A DNA stretch of 25,927 nt from a candidate division WOR-3 bacterium (GTDB taxonomy: Bacteria; Hydrothermota; Tepidihabitantia; Tepidihabitantales; CAIPLT01), in assembly GCA_965649215.1 (NCBI GenBank), contig CBFGJZ010000024.1, positions 1 through 25,927 of the forward strand. Reading direction: 5' to 3'. This document shows, one piece after another, positions 8,681 to 17,189 of this stretch. The notes below the pieces were generated by a model that was not told where the DNA came from, made no database searches, and worked only from the letters and a program-made list of their open reading frames with translations. Made by a program: the position numbers and the translations under genes. The stretch's first letter is position 1. Every line of letters starts with the position of its first letter.

Positions 8681-9742
8681 TTAATGCGTTGCAAATTTAA
8701 TTAAAATTATATCGCCATCGTGAACAATATAATTTTTACCTTCGATGCGTATATGACCAGTTTCGCGGGCTTTATTAAAATCTTGGCAAGCAATCAAATC
8801 ATTATAATGCATTACTTCTGCCTTTATAAATCCACTCGCCATGTCGCTATGAATGCGGCCGGCTGCGTCAATAATATTAGTGTTCTCGGGAATCGCCCAA
8901 GCTCGACTTTCATCACCTTTGATAGTATAAAAGCGGATTAAATTAAGTTTTTCAAAACATGCTTTAACAATCCCGCTTATCCCATCCACATTTAATCCCA
9001 AACTTACTCGCATCTCTCTTTTTTCTTCTTCACTAAAATCCATTAAACCTTCTTCCAAGGCAATCGAAAAAAGAAAAGTAGTCTCATCTTTAAGGCGTGT
9101 CAGATTTCCTAAATCGGTTTTTATTTTATCGGAACAGTTTATTGCATAAATATATGGTTTTAAGCAAAATAAATTTAAATCTTTTAATATCTTCCGCTCA
9201 TTATCATCTAAATTAGATTTTATAATCCCACGAGCTAAATTTGCTTCAAGTCTTTCTAAAAGTTCTAAGCGATGTTTATCTTCATTATTTAAAGATTGTT
9301 TTTTTAGCTTTTCCAAATTGCGTTTTATAATCTCTAAATCAGCTAAAGCTAATTCACTCTCCACAATCTCAATGTCTCGGTGCGGATCTACTGAATTATA
9401 AATATGAGGAATTGAACCATCTTCAAAATTGCGCACAATATGGAGAATTAAATCAGTTTCACGAATATGACCTAAAAACTTATTACCTAATCCTTCTCCT
9501 TGTGAAGCTCCTTTCACTAATCCTGCAATGTCAATAAATTCAATCGTTGCAAAGGTTATCTTGGGTGGTTTTAGGATTTTACCAATCATTTCAAGTCGCT
9601 CATCAGGAACAATTACTACCCCGACATTCTTTTCAATTGTTGTGAAAGGATATAAATCAACCTTGGCATTGGCTTTGGTTAACAAATTAAAGAAAGATGA
9701 CTTTCCGACATTCGGTAAACCAACTAAACCAACTTTCATCAT
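8681..9742 (-). CDS. ychF: Redox-regulated ATPase / GTP-binding protein YchF
   Basis: GLVGLPNVGKS, YPFTTIE, DIAGLVKGASQGEGLGNKFL, AGRIHSD..GFIKAEV, EGKNYIVHDGD. Confidence 0.97.
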   Translation of the reverse strand: MMKVGLVGLPNVGKSSFFNLLTKANAKVDLYPFTTIEKNVGVVIVPDERLEMIGKILKPPKITFATIEFIDIAGLVKGASQGEGLGNKFLGHIRETDLILHIVRNFEDGSIPHIYNSVDPHRDIEIVESELALADLEIIKRNLEKLKKQSLNNEDKHRLELLERLEANLARGIIKSNLDDNERKILKDLNLFCLKPYIYAINCSDKIKTDLGNLTRLKDETTFLFSIALEEGLMDFSEEEKREMRVSLGLNVDGISGIVKACFEKLNLIRFYTIKGDESRAWAIPENTNIIDAAGRIHSDMASGFIKAEVMHYNDLIACQDFNKARETGHIRIEGKNYIVHDGDIILIKFATH

Positions 9743-9744
9743 AA

Positions 9745-10311
9745 TTAATTATTATTAATTTGCGGCTCAATTATTGTTAACGGATTAAACTTATTCATCG
9801 CTTGTTTAACCCCGTCTTGTTTTATAACCATCAAAGCTTCTATTGCTGAATCTAAAATTTTCAAAAGCACGGATTTTTCCGAAACTGAAAATTCAGAGAG
9901 CACATAATCAGTTGTAGTAATATTAGCTGGTCGCTTCCCAATGCCAATTCGTAAACGAGCAAAATTATCTGTTTGCAAATGATAAATAATTGAAGCAACC
10001 CCTTGATGACCACCGTCACTTCCTCGTTCTCGAATTCTTATTTTTCCAAATGGTAAATCGAGATCGTCATAGACAACAATAAAAAAATCATCTTTATGAG
10101 ATAGATACTGTTTAACGACAATACCCGAATTATTCATATATAGCATTGGTTTGACTAATCTAAAATCATCCGAAACTGCTTCATCATAGGTTTCGTGATT
10201 GATAAACCGCAAGGATAGTTTTTGTGCCATGCGCTCTAATACCATAAAACCAACATTATGTCGGGTTGCTTTGTATTTTGGTAAAGGATTACCTAAGCCA
10301 AATATAATCAA
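9745..10311 (-). CDS. pth: Peptidyl-tRNA hydrolase
   Basis: TTG start; GLGNP..Y..TRHNVGF, KP..YMNNSG, DDLDLPFG, GSDGGHQG, RLRIGIG. Confidence 0.96.
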   Translation of the reverse strand: MIIFGLGNPLPKYKATRHNVGFMVLERMAQKLSLRFINHETYDEAVSDDFRLVKPMLYMNNSGIVVKQYLSHKDDFFIVVYDDLDLPFGKIRIRERGSDGGHQGVASIIYHLQTDNFARLRIGIGKRPANITTTDYVLSEFSVSEKSVLLKILDSAIEALMVIKQDGVKQAMNKFNPLTIIEPQINNN

Positions 10312-10313
10312 AA

Positions 10314-11018
10314 TTATTTTTTGGTTTCTTTTTTAGCGTCTGATTCACTTGCAGTCTTTTTCTTACCTTCTCCTTCACCTTCGCTTTCTTCAACTTCTCG
10401 TTTTTTCTCAGTAATTACTTCTGGTTCTGTAATTTCTTCAGTCACTGTCGGTGTTACTTCAGTAACTTTCTTGGGAGTGAGCACAGATACGATCGGCGTA
10501 TCGGCGGACACTAAAAACTCAATATCTTTCAGATTTAAATCAGCAATATGAATACTGTGTCCCATTTTTAAATGGCTAATATCAACTTCAATATGGTCAG
10601 GAAGTTTATCGATTTGGCCACGCACAGTAACGGATCGTAATGGGAAGTCTAAAATACCACCCTCTTTGATACCAATCGCGGTACCTTTGAGAATGATTGG
10701 AATTGAAATAGAGATTTTTTCATCCGTATGAATTTTTTGGAAATCAATCGATAGTAATTTCTTGCTTACCGCAGCACGCTGCATCGATTTAATAATTGCT
10801 TTAATGGAAGTTTTGTTTTCAATCTGTAAATCAATAATCGGATTGCGCCCTTTAATGTTATCTAACAATTTTGTAAACTCTTTCTCATTAACACTCAAAT
10901 GAACTGCTTCATCACCGTGTCCATAGACGACTGCTGGGATAAATCCTTGATTGCGAATCTTTTTACTCGCTGATTTACCCATTTCTTTTCTTTCATTAAC
11001 TTTAAGTATATATTCCAT
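10314..11018 (-). CDS. rplY: 50S ribosomal protein L25 / general stress protein Ctc (long form)
   Basis: Start ATG 11018 after AGGAG. GKSASKKIR..G.IPAVVYG, GIKEGG and LPDHIEVDIS motifs; acidic tail. Confidence 0.95.
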   Translation of the reverse strand: MEYILKVNERKEMGKSASKKIRNQGFIPAVVYGHGDEAVHLSVNEKEFTKLLDNIKGRNPIIDLQIENKTSIKAIIKSMQRAAVSKKLLSIDFQKIHTDEKISISIPIILKGTAIGIKEGGILDFPLRSVTVRGQIDKLPDHIEVDISHLKMGHSIHIADLNLKDIEFLVSADTPIVSVLTPKKVTEVTPTVTEEITEPEVITEKKREVEESEGEGEGKKKTASESDAKKETKK

Positions 11019-11046
11019 ATTACTCCTTTTGCTTAATAATAAGCAA

Positions 11047-11985
11047 TTATATAAATAATGAACTAACCGACTCTCCTTTATGGATCCGCTTAATAGCTTC
11101 AGCCAATAATGCGGACACTGAGAGTTCGGTAATCTTCTTACTCTTTTTTTCAAGTGCTAATTCAATTGTATCGGTAATCGTCACTTCACTGATTACAGAT
11201 GCTTCTAGTTTTTCCACACAATTTTTAGAAAAAACCGCATGAGTCGCACAGGCAATAATCTTTTTTGCGCCGCGCTCTCTTAACGCATTCGCTGCTGCGA
11301 TCAGTGTATTACCTGTATCTATAATATCATCGAAAATTAAAATATCTTTATCTTTAACATCACCAACTACGCTAATAACTTCGGCTTGGTTAGATTCGGG
11401 CCGCCGTTTGTCAATCACTGCAATTGGTACATTATCATTCAGTCGTTTAGCAAAACCACGTGCTCGATTAGCTCGTCCAGTATCTGGAGCAACCACGACT
11501 AAATTACTTAAATTATATTTGCTAAAATATTCCACCAATACTGGTGTTGCATATAAATGATCTACCGGGATATCAAAAAACCCTTGAATTTGTTCCGCAT
11601 GCAAATCAATTGTTAATATTCGGGAAGCACCACTTGTGACGAGTAAATTTGCAATTAACTTAGCGGAAATGGGAACTCGCGGTTGATCTTTACGATCCTG
11701 ACGCGCATAACCATAATAAGGAATTACGGCGGTGATTCGATCTGCTGAAGACCGTCGCATCGCATCCAGCATCAATAACAATTCTAATAAATTATCGGCT
11801 GGTGGATTGGTGCTTTGAACTACGAATACATCGACACCCCGCACATTTTCTTCTATATTAATTTTTATCTCATGATCGGCAAAATTCTCAATTTTAATTT
11901 TACCGAGTGGCATTTGCAGATGCCCACAAATTTTTTCTGCCAATTGACGATTAGCTCGACCTGAAAATACTTTTAACATATTCAT
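11047..11985 (-). CDS. prs: Ribose-phosphate pyrophosphokinase
   Basis: PYYGYARQDRK, DLHAEQIQGFF, DKRR, DDIIDTGNT. Confidence 0.98.
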   Translation of the reverse strand: MNMLKVFSGRANRQLAEKICGHLQMPLGKIKIENFADHEIKINIEENVRGVDVFVVQSTNPPADNLLELLLMLDAMRRSSADRITAVIPYYGYARQDRKDQPRVPISAKLIANLLVTSGASRILTIDLHAEQIQGFFDIPVDHLYATPVLVEYFSKYNLSNLVVVAPDTGRANRARGFAKRLNDNVPIAVIDKRRPESNQAEVISVVGDVKDKDILIFDDIIDTGNTLIAAANALRERGAKKIIACATHAVFSKNCVEKLEASVISEVTITDTIELALEKKSKKITELSVSALLAEAIKRIHKGESVSSLFI

Positions 11986-12007
11986 TATATTTTAAATATG
12001 ATAATTA

Positions 12008-12078
12008 CTGGGGCGGGAGGATTCGAACCTCCCCAACAGGATCCAAAATCCTGGGTCCTGCCGCTAGACGACGCCCCA
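12008..12078 (-). tRNA. tRNA-Gln (anticodon UUG), CCA not encoded
   Basis: TGGGGCG/CGCCCCA acceptor stem, anticodon arm CAGGA-TTTTGGA-TCCTG, T arm GGAGG-TTCGAAT-CCTCC; classic ispE-tRNA-Gln-prs position. Confidence 0.97.
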
Positions 12079-12082
12079 ATAT

Positions 12083-12937
12083 TCATACTAACGTTTCTGT
12101 TATTATTAAATTTTTATTAAAACTTTTCTCTCTTTTTATTTTGCTAATGTTCTCGCAATCAAAAATTCCAAACACTGCACTTCCACTGCCACTTAAACTC
12201 GCGACAATTGCTTCTTTATTTAGAAACCAGTGTTTAACACTTAATAATTCCGGGTGTTTTTTAAACACGACTTTTTCAAAGGTATTTACAACTAACGCAT
12301 TAATACCTTGCCACTGTTTTTTAATTAATCTTTGTTTTAGTAGTTTAAGGGAAAAATTACTATCTGTCAACCCTGCATTTATATTTTTATACGCCCATTT
12401 TGTTGAAACCGAATAAGGAGGCACAAAAATCGCGACTTTCAATTTAGGTATCTTAATTGGTGTTAATATTTCACCGCGACCTACTGCCCAACACGGTCTC
12501 TGATAAAGAAAAAATGCCACATCCATACCAATTCTAACTGCCAATTGTTTAAGTGATTTAAAACTTAACTGATTATCGAATATTTTATTTAGTGCGATTA
12601 AAGTATGCGCCGCATCACTCGAACCTCCACCAAGTCCTGCACCAATGGGAATATGCTTGGCTAACTTTATGATAACACCGCTCTTTGATTTAATTTGAGC
12701 TAAATATAATTTTGCGGCTTTTACTACTAAATTACCATCATCTGAAGGCACTTTATTGGTATTGCAAACAAAATCAACCCCTTCTCTTTTGGTTTGTTTA
12801 ATTGTTATTATGTCATAAAGTTTGATGGGCACGATGATTGATTCAATGTTATGATAAGAGTCTTCTCTTTTCTCTTTGACTATAAGACCGATATTGATTT
12901 TTGCTGGTGCTTTTATTATTAACTTACGCATTTTCAT
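12083..12937 (-). CDS. ispE: 4-diphosphocytidyl-2-C-methyl-D-erythritol kinase
   Basis: APAKINIGL, NLVVKAA, KHIPIGAGLGGGSSDAA, SGSGSAVFG. Confidence 0.96.
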   Translation of the reverse strand: MKMRKLIIKAPAKINIGLIVKEKREDSYHNIESIIVPIKLYDIITIKQTKREGVDFVCNTNKVPSDDGNLVVKAAKLYLAQIKSKSGVIIKLAKHIPIGAGLGGGSSDAAHTLIALNKIFDNQLSFKSLKQLAVRIGMDVAFFLYQRPCWAVGRGEILTPIKIPKLKVAIFVPPYSVSTKWAYKNINAGLTDSNFSLKLLKQRLIKKQWQGINALVVNTFEKVVFKKHPELLSVKHWFLNKEAIVASLSGSGSAVFGIFDCENISKIKREKSFNKNLIITETLV

Positions 12938-12942
12938 CCTAT

Positions 12943-13425
12943 TTAATCAGGTATTCCCCAAATCGTATCACCGATATTGATGCCATTTTTCAAAAACCAC
13001 CCTTGATTCATTTCTAAAGCATAACGGAACATTTGAGTCGGTGCATAATGAATTACATCTTGATTTGGCACCATCTCCATAATTTCAATAATTACCTTGT
13101 CTTCATTGATAAATGCAATGCTTAATGGTATCTTAGTATTTTTCATCCAAAATGGGTACATTCCGGCCTGTTCAAAAATAAAAAGCATACCACTATCTTC
13201 GGCTAAAAAATTACGCTCCATCAATCCTTTTGCTCTTTCTTCTAGGGTTTTTGCCAATTCAACCTTTATCTTTTTGTTTTTAACTCTCAAGTCGATAAGT
13301 TGTTGTGTTTGCGCCTTAACTTTGTCTTGCGATGACTTATTAGAACTGGCACAACGATTAAAGTTAGAAATAATCAAAATCAAAATTAATATCTTAAAGA
13401 AATTTATGGGGATAATCCGTTTCAA
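12943..13425 (-). CDS. DUF192 family protein with N-terminal signal/lipoprotein-like anchor
   Basis: VELA.T.EERAKGLM.R...GMLFIF....FWMKNTKIPLSIAFI...ALEMNQGW. TTG start is uncertain. Confidence 0.92.
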   Translation of the reverse strand: MKRIIPINFFKILILILIISNFNRCASSNKSSQDKVKAQTQQLIDLRVKNKKIKVELAKTLEERAKGLMERNFLAEDSGMLFIFEQAGMYPFWMKNTKIPLSIAFINEDKVIIEIMEMVPNQDVIHYAPTQMFRYALEMNQGWFLKNGINIGDTIWGIPD

Positions 13426-13431
13426 TTTTAT

Positions 13432-15504
13432 CTATAGTATCACAATTTCGGATAAATCGGCAACCTGTAAAAACAAACTTTTTAGATATGCCAAGAGCGC
13501 TAAACGATTATTTCTTATTTCTATATCGTCGCACATCACTAAGACTTTATCAAAAAAAGTATCGATAAACGGCCGTAAAGACAATAAAATTTCCAGTGCT
13601 TTCGCATATTCATTTTTAAGCACAAATTGGGTAATCTCGCTTTCTTTCGCTTTCGCTTCTTCGTATAAATCTTTTTCTGCACTCTCCCTTAAAAGCTCGG
13701 TCCTGACGACGCCTATTTCAGAAATACCTTTTAAAATATTACTAACTCGTTTCTGACCAATTACTAATGCTTCAAACTGTTCTTTCGAACGAAAATCGGT
13801 TAACGCTTGCGCACGCAACGATAAATCTAAAATATTAAGTTTCTGTAATGCTAAAACCGCATTGATGACATCATATTTAAAGTTTCGTTCGGAAAGTATG
13901 GCATAAGCTCTTTCGATAAAAAATTCTTTAATTTTCTTGATCAATTCCTTATCTTCAAACTTATTAAAATAAGAAATCGCAATTTCCATAATTGGTGTTA
14001 AATCGATAAAGATCTGTTTTTCTAAACAAATTGTATATATTGCATTAGCTTGGCGTCGTAAGCCAAAACGATCCATTGAGCCCGTTGGAATTTCATTAAT
14101 TATAAAAGCGCCAATAATATTATCTAATTTATCGGCAATACTTAAAATCGCGCCCTCCATTGATTGCGGTAATTTATCGGCGCTGGATTTTGGTAAATAA
14201 TGTTCTGCAATTATCTGTCCCACTTGCGGATATTCACCATTCAATTGGGCATAAATCCCGCCCATGATTCCTTGTAAAGAAGTATATTCTTTTTCTCTAA
14301 CCATATTAGTTAGCAAATCGGCTTTGCATAAGTACGCTGCGCGTAAAAGAAAATTATGATTGACACCGCTTAATTGTTGAGCAATCACATATGCAATCCT
14401 TTCCAGTCGTGATGTTTTATCAAAGAGAGTGCCTAAATTCTCCATCCAGATAACTTTTTGCTCTTCTTGAACTCGTTGTTCTAAACCAATTTTTAAGTCT
14501 TCCTCAAAATAAAACTTGGCATCTTCCAACCGCGCTTCAACCGCTTCTTCGTACCAATAGGAAACCAGCTTTTTATCAATTGTTGGGGTATTAGTAATCG
14601 CAATAAAGTTTGGAATTAAATTGTCTGATGCAATTGACTTCACCGCAAAACAACGAGTATGAGTTTTTAATGCAGTGATTAAAACCACGGCTGGTAATTT
14701 TAAGTATTCGGCTTTAAATTCACATAAGAGTGGTGTCGGCATTTCGCAGATATTGGTTGCCTCATCTAATAATTCTTCATCTTCAACAACTTGTCCTCGA
14801 ACTTCGCGAGCTAATTTATTGATCTGTTTTTTAATAAATTCTCGACGCTCTGTGGGTCGAACAATAACATCATATTTTTTTAGGACTTTCCAATAATCTT
14901 TAACTGCTTTGATTTTGATTGGATGTTTACTTGCATTTCGATGCGCATAAGTAACATTGGAACTGACTATACCATCGAAATTTACCACAATCGGGGTGTT
15001 GCCATAAATTATCGTTAACCAACGAATCGGCCGTGCAAAACGCAATCGGCTATTGTCTGACCAACGCATTGATTTCGCAAACTGTAAAGAAGAGATTAAA
15101 TTTACAACATTCTCTTTGAGCAATTGTTCAATTGATTTTTGTTCGGCTTTCTTTTTCGCAAAAATATATTCACCTTTTGGGGTTGCTTTGATGTATAAAT
15201 CTTTGATTCTAAGTTTATAAGTATTTGCAAATCCTTCGGCAACTTTGGTTGGTTTGCCATCATTATCAAAAGCAAACTTTTTCGGCGGTCCTTGGATCTC
15301 TAATATTTCTTCTCTCTGTTTGGGTAGGACTTTAGTAACAATCAGAGCAATTCGACGCGGTGTGTAGTACGATTTTATCTCTTTATAACTAATCCGCTGG
15401 TCGTTGAAAAAATTACCGACAATCTCAGCAAATTTATTAGCTGCGGGTTCTAAAAACGATGCCGGTATTTCTTCGCTGCCAATTTCAATCAATAAATCTT
15501 TCAT
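13432..15504 (-). CDS. glyS: Glycine--tRNA ligase beta subunit
   Basis: LLIEIGSEEIPA, TPRRIA, KSMRW...FARPIRWL, ARLEDAKFYF, KADLLT.MV, LQGIMG, PTGSMDRFGLRRQA, NNRLALL. Confidence 0.97.
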   Translation of the reverse strand: MKDLLIEIGSEEIPASFLEPAANKFAEIVGNFFNDQRISYKEIKSYYTPRRIALIVTKVLPKQREEILEIQGPPKKFAFDNDGKPTKVAEGFANTYKLRIKDLYIKATPKGEYIFAKKKAEQKSIEQLLKENVVNLISSLQFAKSMRWSDNSRLRFARPIRWLTIIYGNTPIVVNFDGIVSSNVTYAHRNASKHPIKIKAVKDYWKVLKKYDVIVRPTERREFIKKQINKLAREVRGQVVEDEELLDEATNICEMPTPLLCEFKAEYLKLPAVVLITALKTHTRCFAVKSIASDNLIPNFIAITNTPTIDKKLVSYWYEEAVEARLEDAKFYFEEDLKIGLEQRVQEEQKVIWMENLGTLFDKTSRLERIAYVIAQQLSGVNHNFLLRAAYLCKADLLTNMVREKEYTSLQGIMGGIYAQLNGEYPQVGQIIAEHYLPKSSADKLPQSMEGAILSIADKLDNIIGAFIINEIPTGSMDRFGLRRQANAIYTICLEKQIFIDLTPIMEIAISYFNKFEDKELIKKIKEFFIERAYAILSERNFKYDVINAVLALQKLNILDLSLRAQALTDFRSKEQFEALVIGQKRVSNILKGISEIGVVRTELLRESAEKDLYEEAKAKESEITQFVLKNEYAKALEILLSLRPFIDTFFDKVLVMCDDIEIRNNRLALLAYLKSLFLQVADLSEIVIL

Positions 15505-15511
15505 AATAATG

Positions 15512-15539
15512 ATAATATCGGATATTTAAAAGATGTCAA
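15512..15539 (-). promoter_or_regulatory. Sigma70-type promoter of glyS
   Basis: TTGACA (15539-15534), 16 nt spacer, TATTAT (15517-15512), then 7 nt to ATG 15504. Confidence 0.6.
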
Positions 15540-15726
15540 GAATTCAATTAGTATAAATCGACCATTCCAATCAAACAAAGAAATCATAACGAGATTTTTC
15601 GCTTGCGAAGAGATAAAAAAAAACAAATCTCTTATCTTACTATTATAAAGAAACATTATTTTTCAACATAAAAATTATAAAAACAGTTTTAATTTACCAG
15701 TTTGTCAAGTATCCTTCTTGACCATT

Positions 15727-15930
15727 CAGATAACTTATTAACTAATTTATTAGACGAGATAGTAGGTAATTCCTTACCCCTTTTAGTCGATTACCTTCTA
15801 TATAACCTGTTAAGTTAACCAGTCGCTCACTTTTTAGGTCAGCCCCTAGGCAACCTTATAGGTAACCTATAAGGTAACCTAATAGATAAACTCTTAAATA
15901 ACCAAATCCCTAACCATTAAGGTTAAGTTA
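15727..15930. repeat. Degenerate 12-bp tandem array, ~17 units, palindromic consensus TAGGTNACCTAN
   Basis: In 12-nt register from 15727 with no indels: position 1 is T in 14/17 units, position 2 A in 14/17, position 5 T in 14/17, position 7 A in 16/17, position 10 T in 12/17. Best units: TAGGCAACCTTA TAGGTAACCTAT AAGGTAACCTAA (15847-15882). Confidence 0.75.
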
Positions 15931-15950
15931 GCCCTTGGATGTTAATGAAT

Positions 15951-15987
15951 AAAAACGGTGCAACTGGTAGCTTCCAATTGCACCGTT
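15951..15987 (-). terminator. Rho-independent terminator after the LivJ/K-like gene
   Basis: Minus strand: AACGGTGCAATTGG-AAGCTA-CCAGTTGCACCGTT followed by TTT, 15 nt after the stop codon. Confidence 0.85.
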
Positions 15988-16002
15988 GAGTTACTGAAAT
16001 AT

Positions 16003-17145
16003 CTATGGTTGCACAGTTGTCACATATCGTTGTTCGCCGTCTTGATATTGTAAGATTACCGCATTTTTCACGGGATTGCCAAACGCATCAAAAGTAATCT
16101 GTCCCGATACAGTTTGAAAATTTGAAAGTTTGGTTAATGCATCCCGTACATCTTCAACTTTCTCAGAATTGGCATGTTTCATAGCTTCTAATAACAATAA
16201 AGTGGCATCATATCCCAAGGTTGCCAGCGCATCGGGTTTTTGACCATATTTTGCTTCATATTTACTGACCCATTCTTGCACTTCAGGTCGCGGATCTTGA
16301 GGCGAATAATGATTGGTAAAATAACCACCATTAATTGCATCGCCTGCAATCTTAACCATTTCTGGTGAATCCCAACCATCACCACCTAAAAAAACTGCAT
16401 TCACACCCATCGCGCGTGCTTGTTTAACAATCAAACCAACTTTGGTATAGTAATCGGGTATGAATAGAACATCGGGATTATCGGCTTTAACCTTAGTAAG
16501 GAGAGCCGAAAAATCAACGTCATCTTTGCCATATGATTCTGAAACCGTAATCTTTCCACCGAGTTTGGTAAATGCTTCTTGAAAAAATTCAGCTAACCCT
16601 TTGACATAATCGTTCGAAATATCATATAGAATCGCAGCCCGTTTTGCTTTTAAGTTTTCGATTGCAAATTTTGCCGCGACCGTGCCTTGAAACGGGTCAA
16701 TAAAACACGCCCGAAAGACATAATCTTTACGTTCCCCATTATCACGCACCGTCACTCGCGGATTTGTTGAAGTCGGGGTAATCATTAAAACTTTTGCTTG
16801 TTGACATATTTCGGATAAGGGAATTGATGATTTAGACGCCACTGAGCCAATGATGAACTTAACTTTGTTTTGATTAATTAGTTTGCTACAAGCATTGGCG
16901 GCTTCGGTCGGATCATTTTTGTCATCCGCACTAATAATTTTAATGGTTTTCCCCCATACCCCACCTTTTTCATTTGCTTCTGAAACGGCTAATAAAACTG
17001 CGTTACGCACTGATTCGCCAAAAGTTTTTACATCGCCTGTGATGGGCACGATTAAACCAATTGAAATTGTATTTGATTGTTGAGAAGGACATGCTAAAAA
17101 TAATAGGATTGCTGTCAATAAAACCAAAAGACCACTTCTTTTCAT
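16003..17145 (-). CDS. Branched-chain amino acid ABC transporter substrate-binding lipoprotein (LivJ/LivK family)
   Basis: Lipobox FLAC; IGLIVPITG, DDKNDP, FRACFIDPFQG, DFSALLTKVK, GGDGWD, GYDA; AGGAGG Shine-Dalgarno. Confidence 0.92.
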   Translation of the reverse strand: MKRSGLLVLLTAILLFLACPSQQSNTISIGLIVPITGDVKTFGESVRNAVLLAVSEANEKGGVWGKTIKIISADDKNDPTEAANACSKLINQNKVKFIIGSVASKSSIPLSEICQQAKVLMITPTSTNPRVTVRDNGERKDYVFRACFIDPFQGTVAAKFAIENLKAKRAAILYDISNDYVKGLAEFFQEAFTKLGGKITVSESYGKDDVDFSALLTKVKADNPDVLFIPDYYTKVGLIVKQARAMGVNAVFLGGDGWDSPEMVKIAGDAINGGYFTNHYSPQDPRPEVQEWVSKYEAKYGQKPDALATLGYDATLLLLEAMKHANSEKVEDVRDALTKLSNFQTVSGQITFDAFGNPVKNAVILQYQDGEQRYVTTVQP

Positions 17146-17189
17146 TTTGCCCTCCTATATTTTTTTATTCAGTTATCTTACTTAAAATC

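Noticed and set aside
8350-11153. Long N-terminal extensions of ssb and rplY in the ORF track (likewise rplE, rpmC and the binding protein)
   Set aside because: Artefacts of longest-ORF calling; downstream ATGs match family N-termini and have Shine-Dalgarno or coupling signals.
12008-12078. tRNA-Gln as an integration site for a mobile element
   Set aside because: Flanked by the conserved ispE and prs genes; no integrase or duplicated tRNA 3' end seen.
13097-13756. 219-aa + strand ORF, and the other short antisense or alternate-frame ORFs in the track (e.g. 451-687, 4069-4284, 12141-12416, 18435-18746, 20889-21197)
   Set aside because: Shadows of well-supported genes; no recognisable motifs or translation signals.
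15674-15708. Minus-strand TTGACA ... TATAAT promoter
   Set aside because: Spacer is 23 nt, incompatible with a standard sigma70 promoter.
15727-15930. CRISPR array interpretation of the repeat
   Set aside because: Period is 12 bp with degenerate units, no unique spacers and no cas genes in the window.
15505-15950. T-box riboswitch upstream of glyS
   Set aside because: No GGTGGNACCGCG T-box motif or antiterminator on the minus strand, and the promoter abuts the start codon.
15541-15950. Replication origin (oriC) in the long AT-rich intergenic region
   Set aside because: No canonical TTATCCACA DnaA boxes seen (only a weak TTTTCAACA), no dnaA/dnaN/parAB nearby, and gene orientation does not switch.
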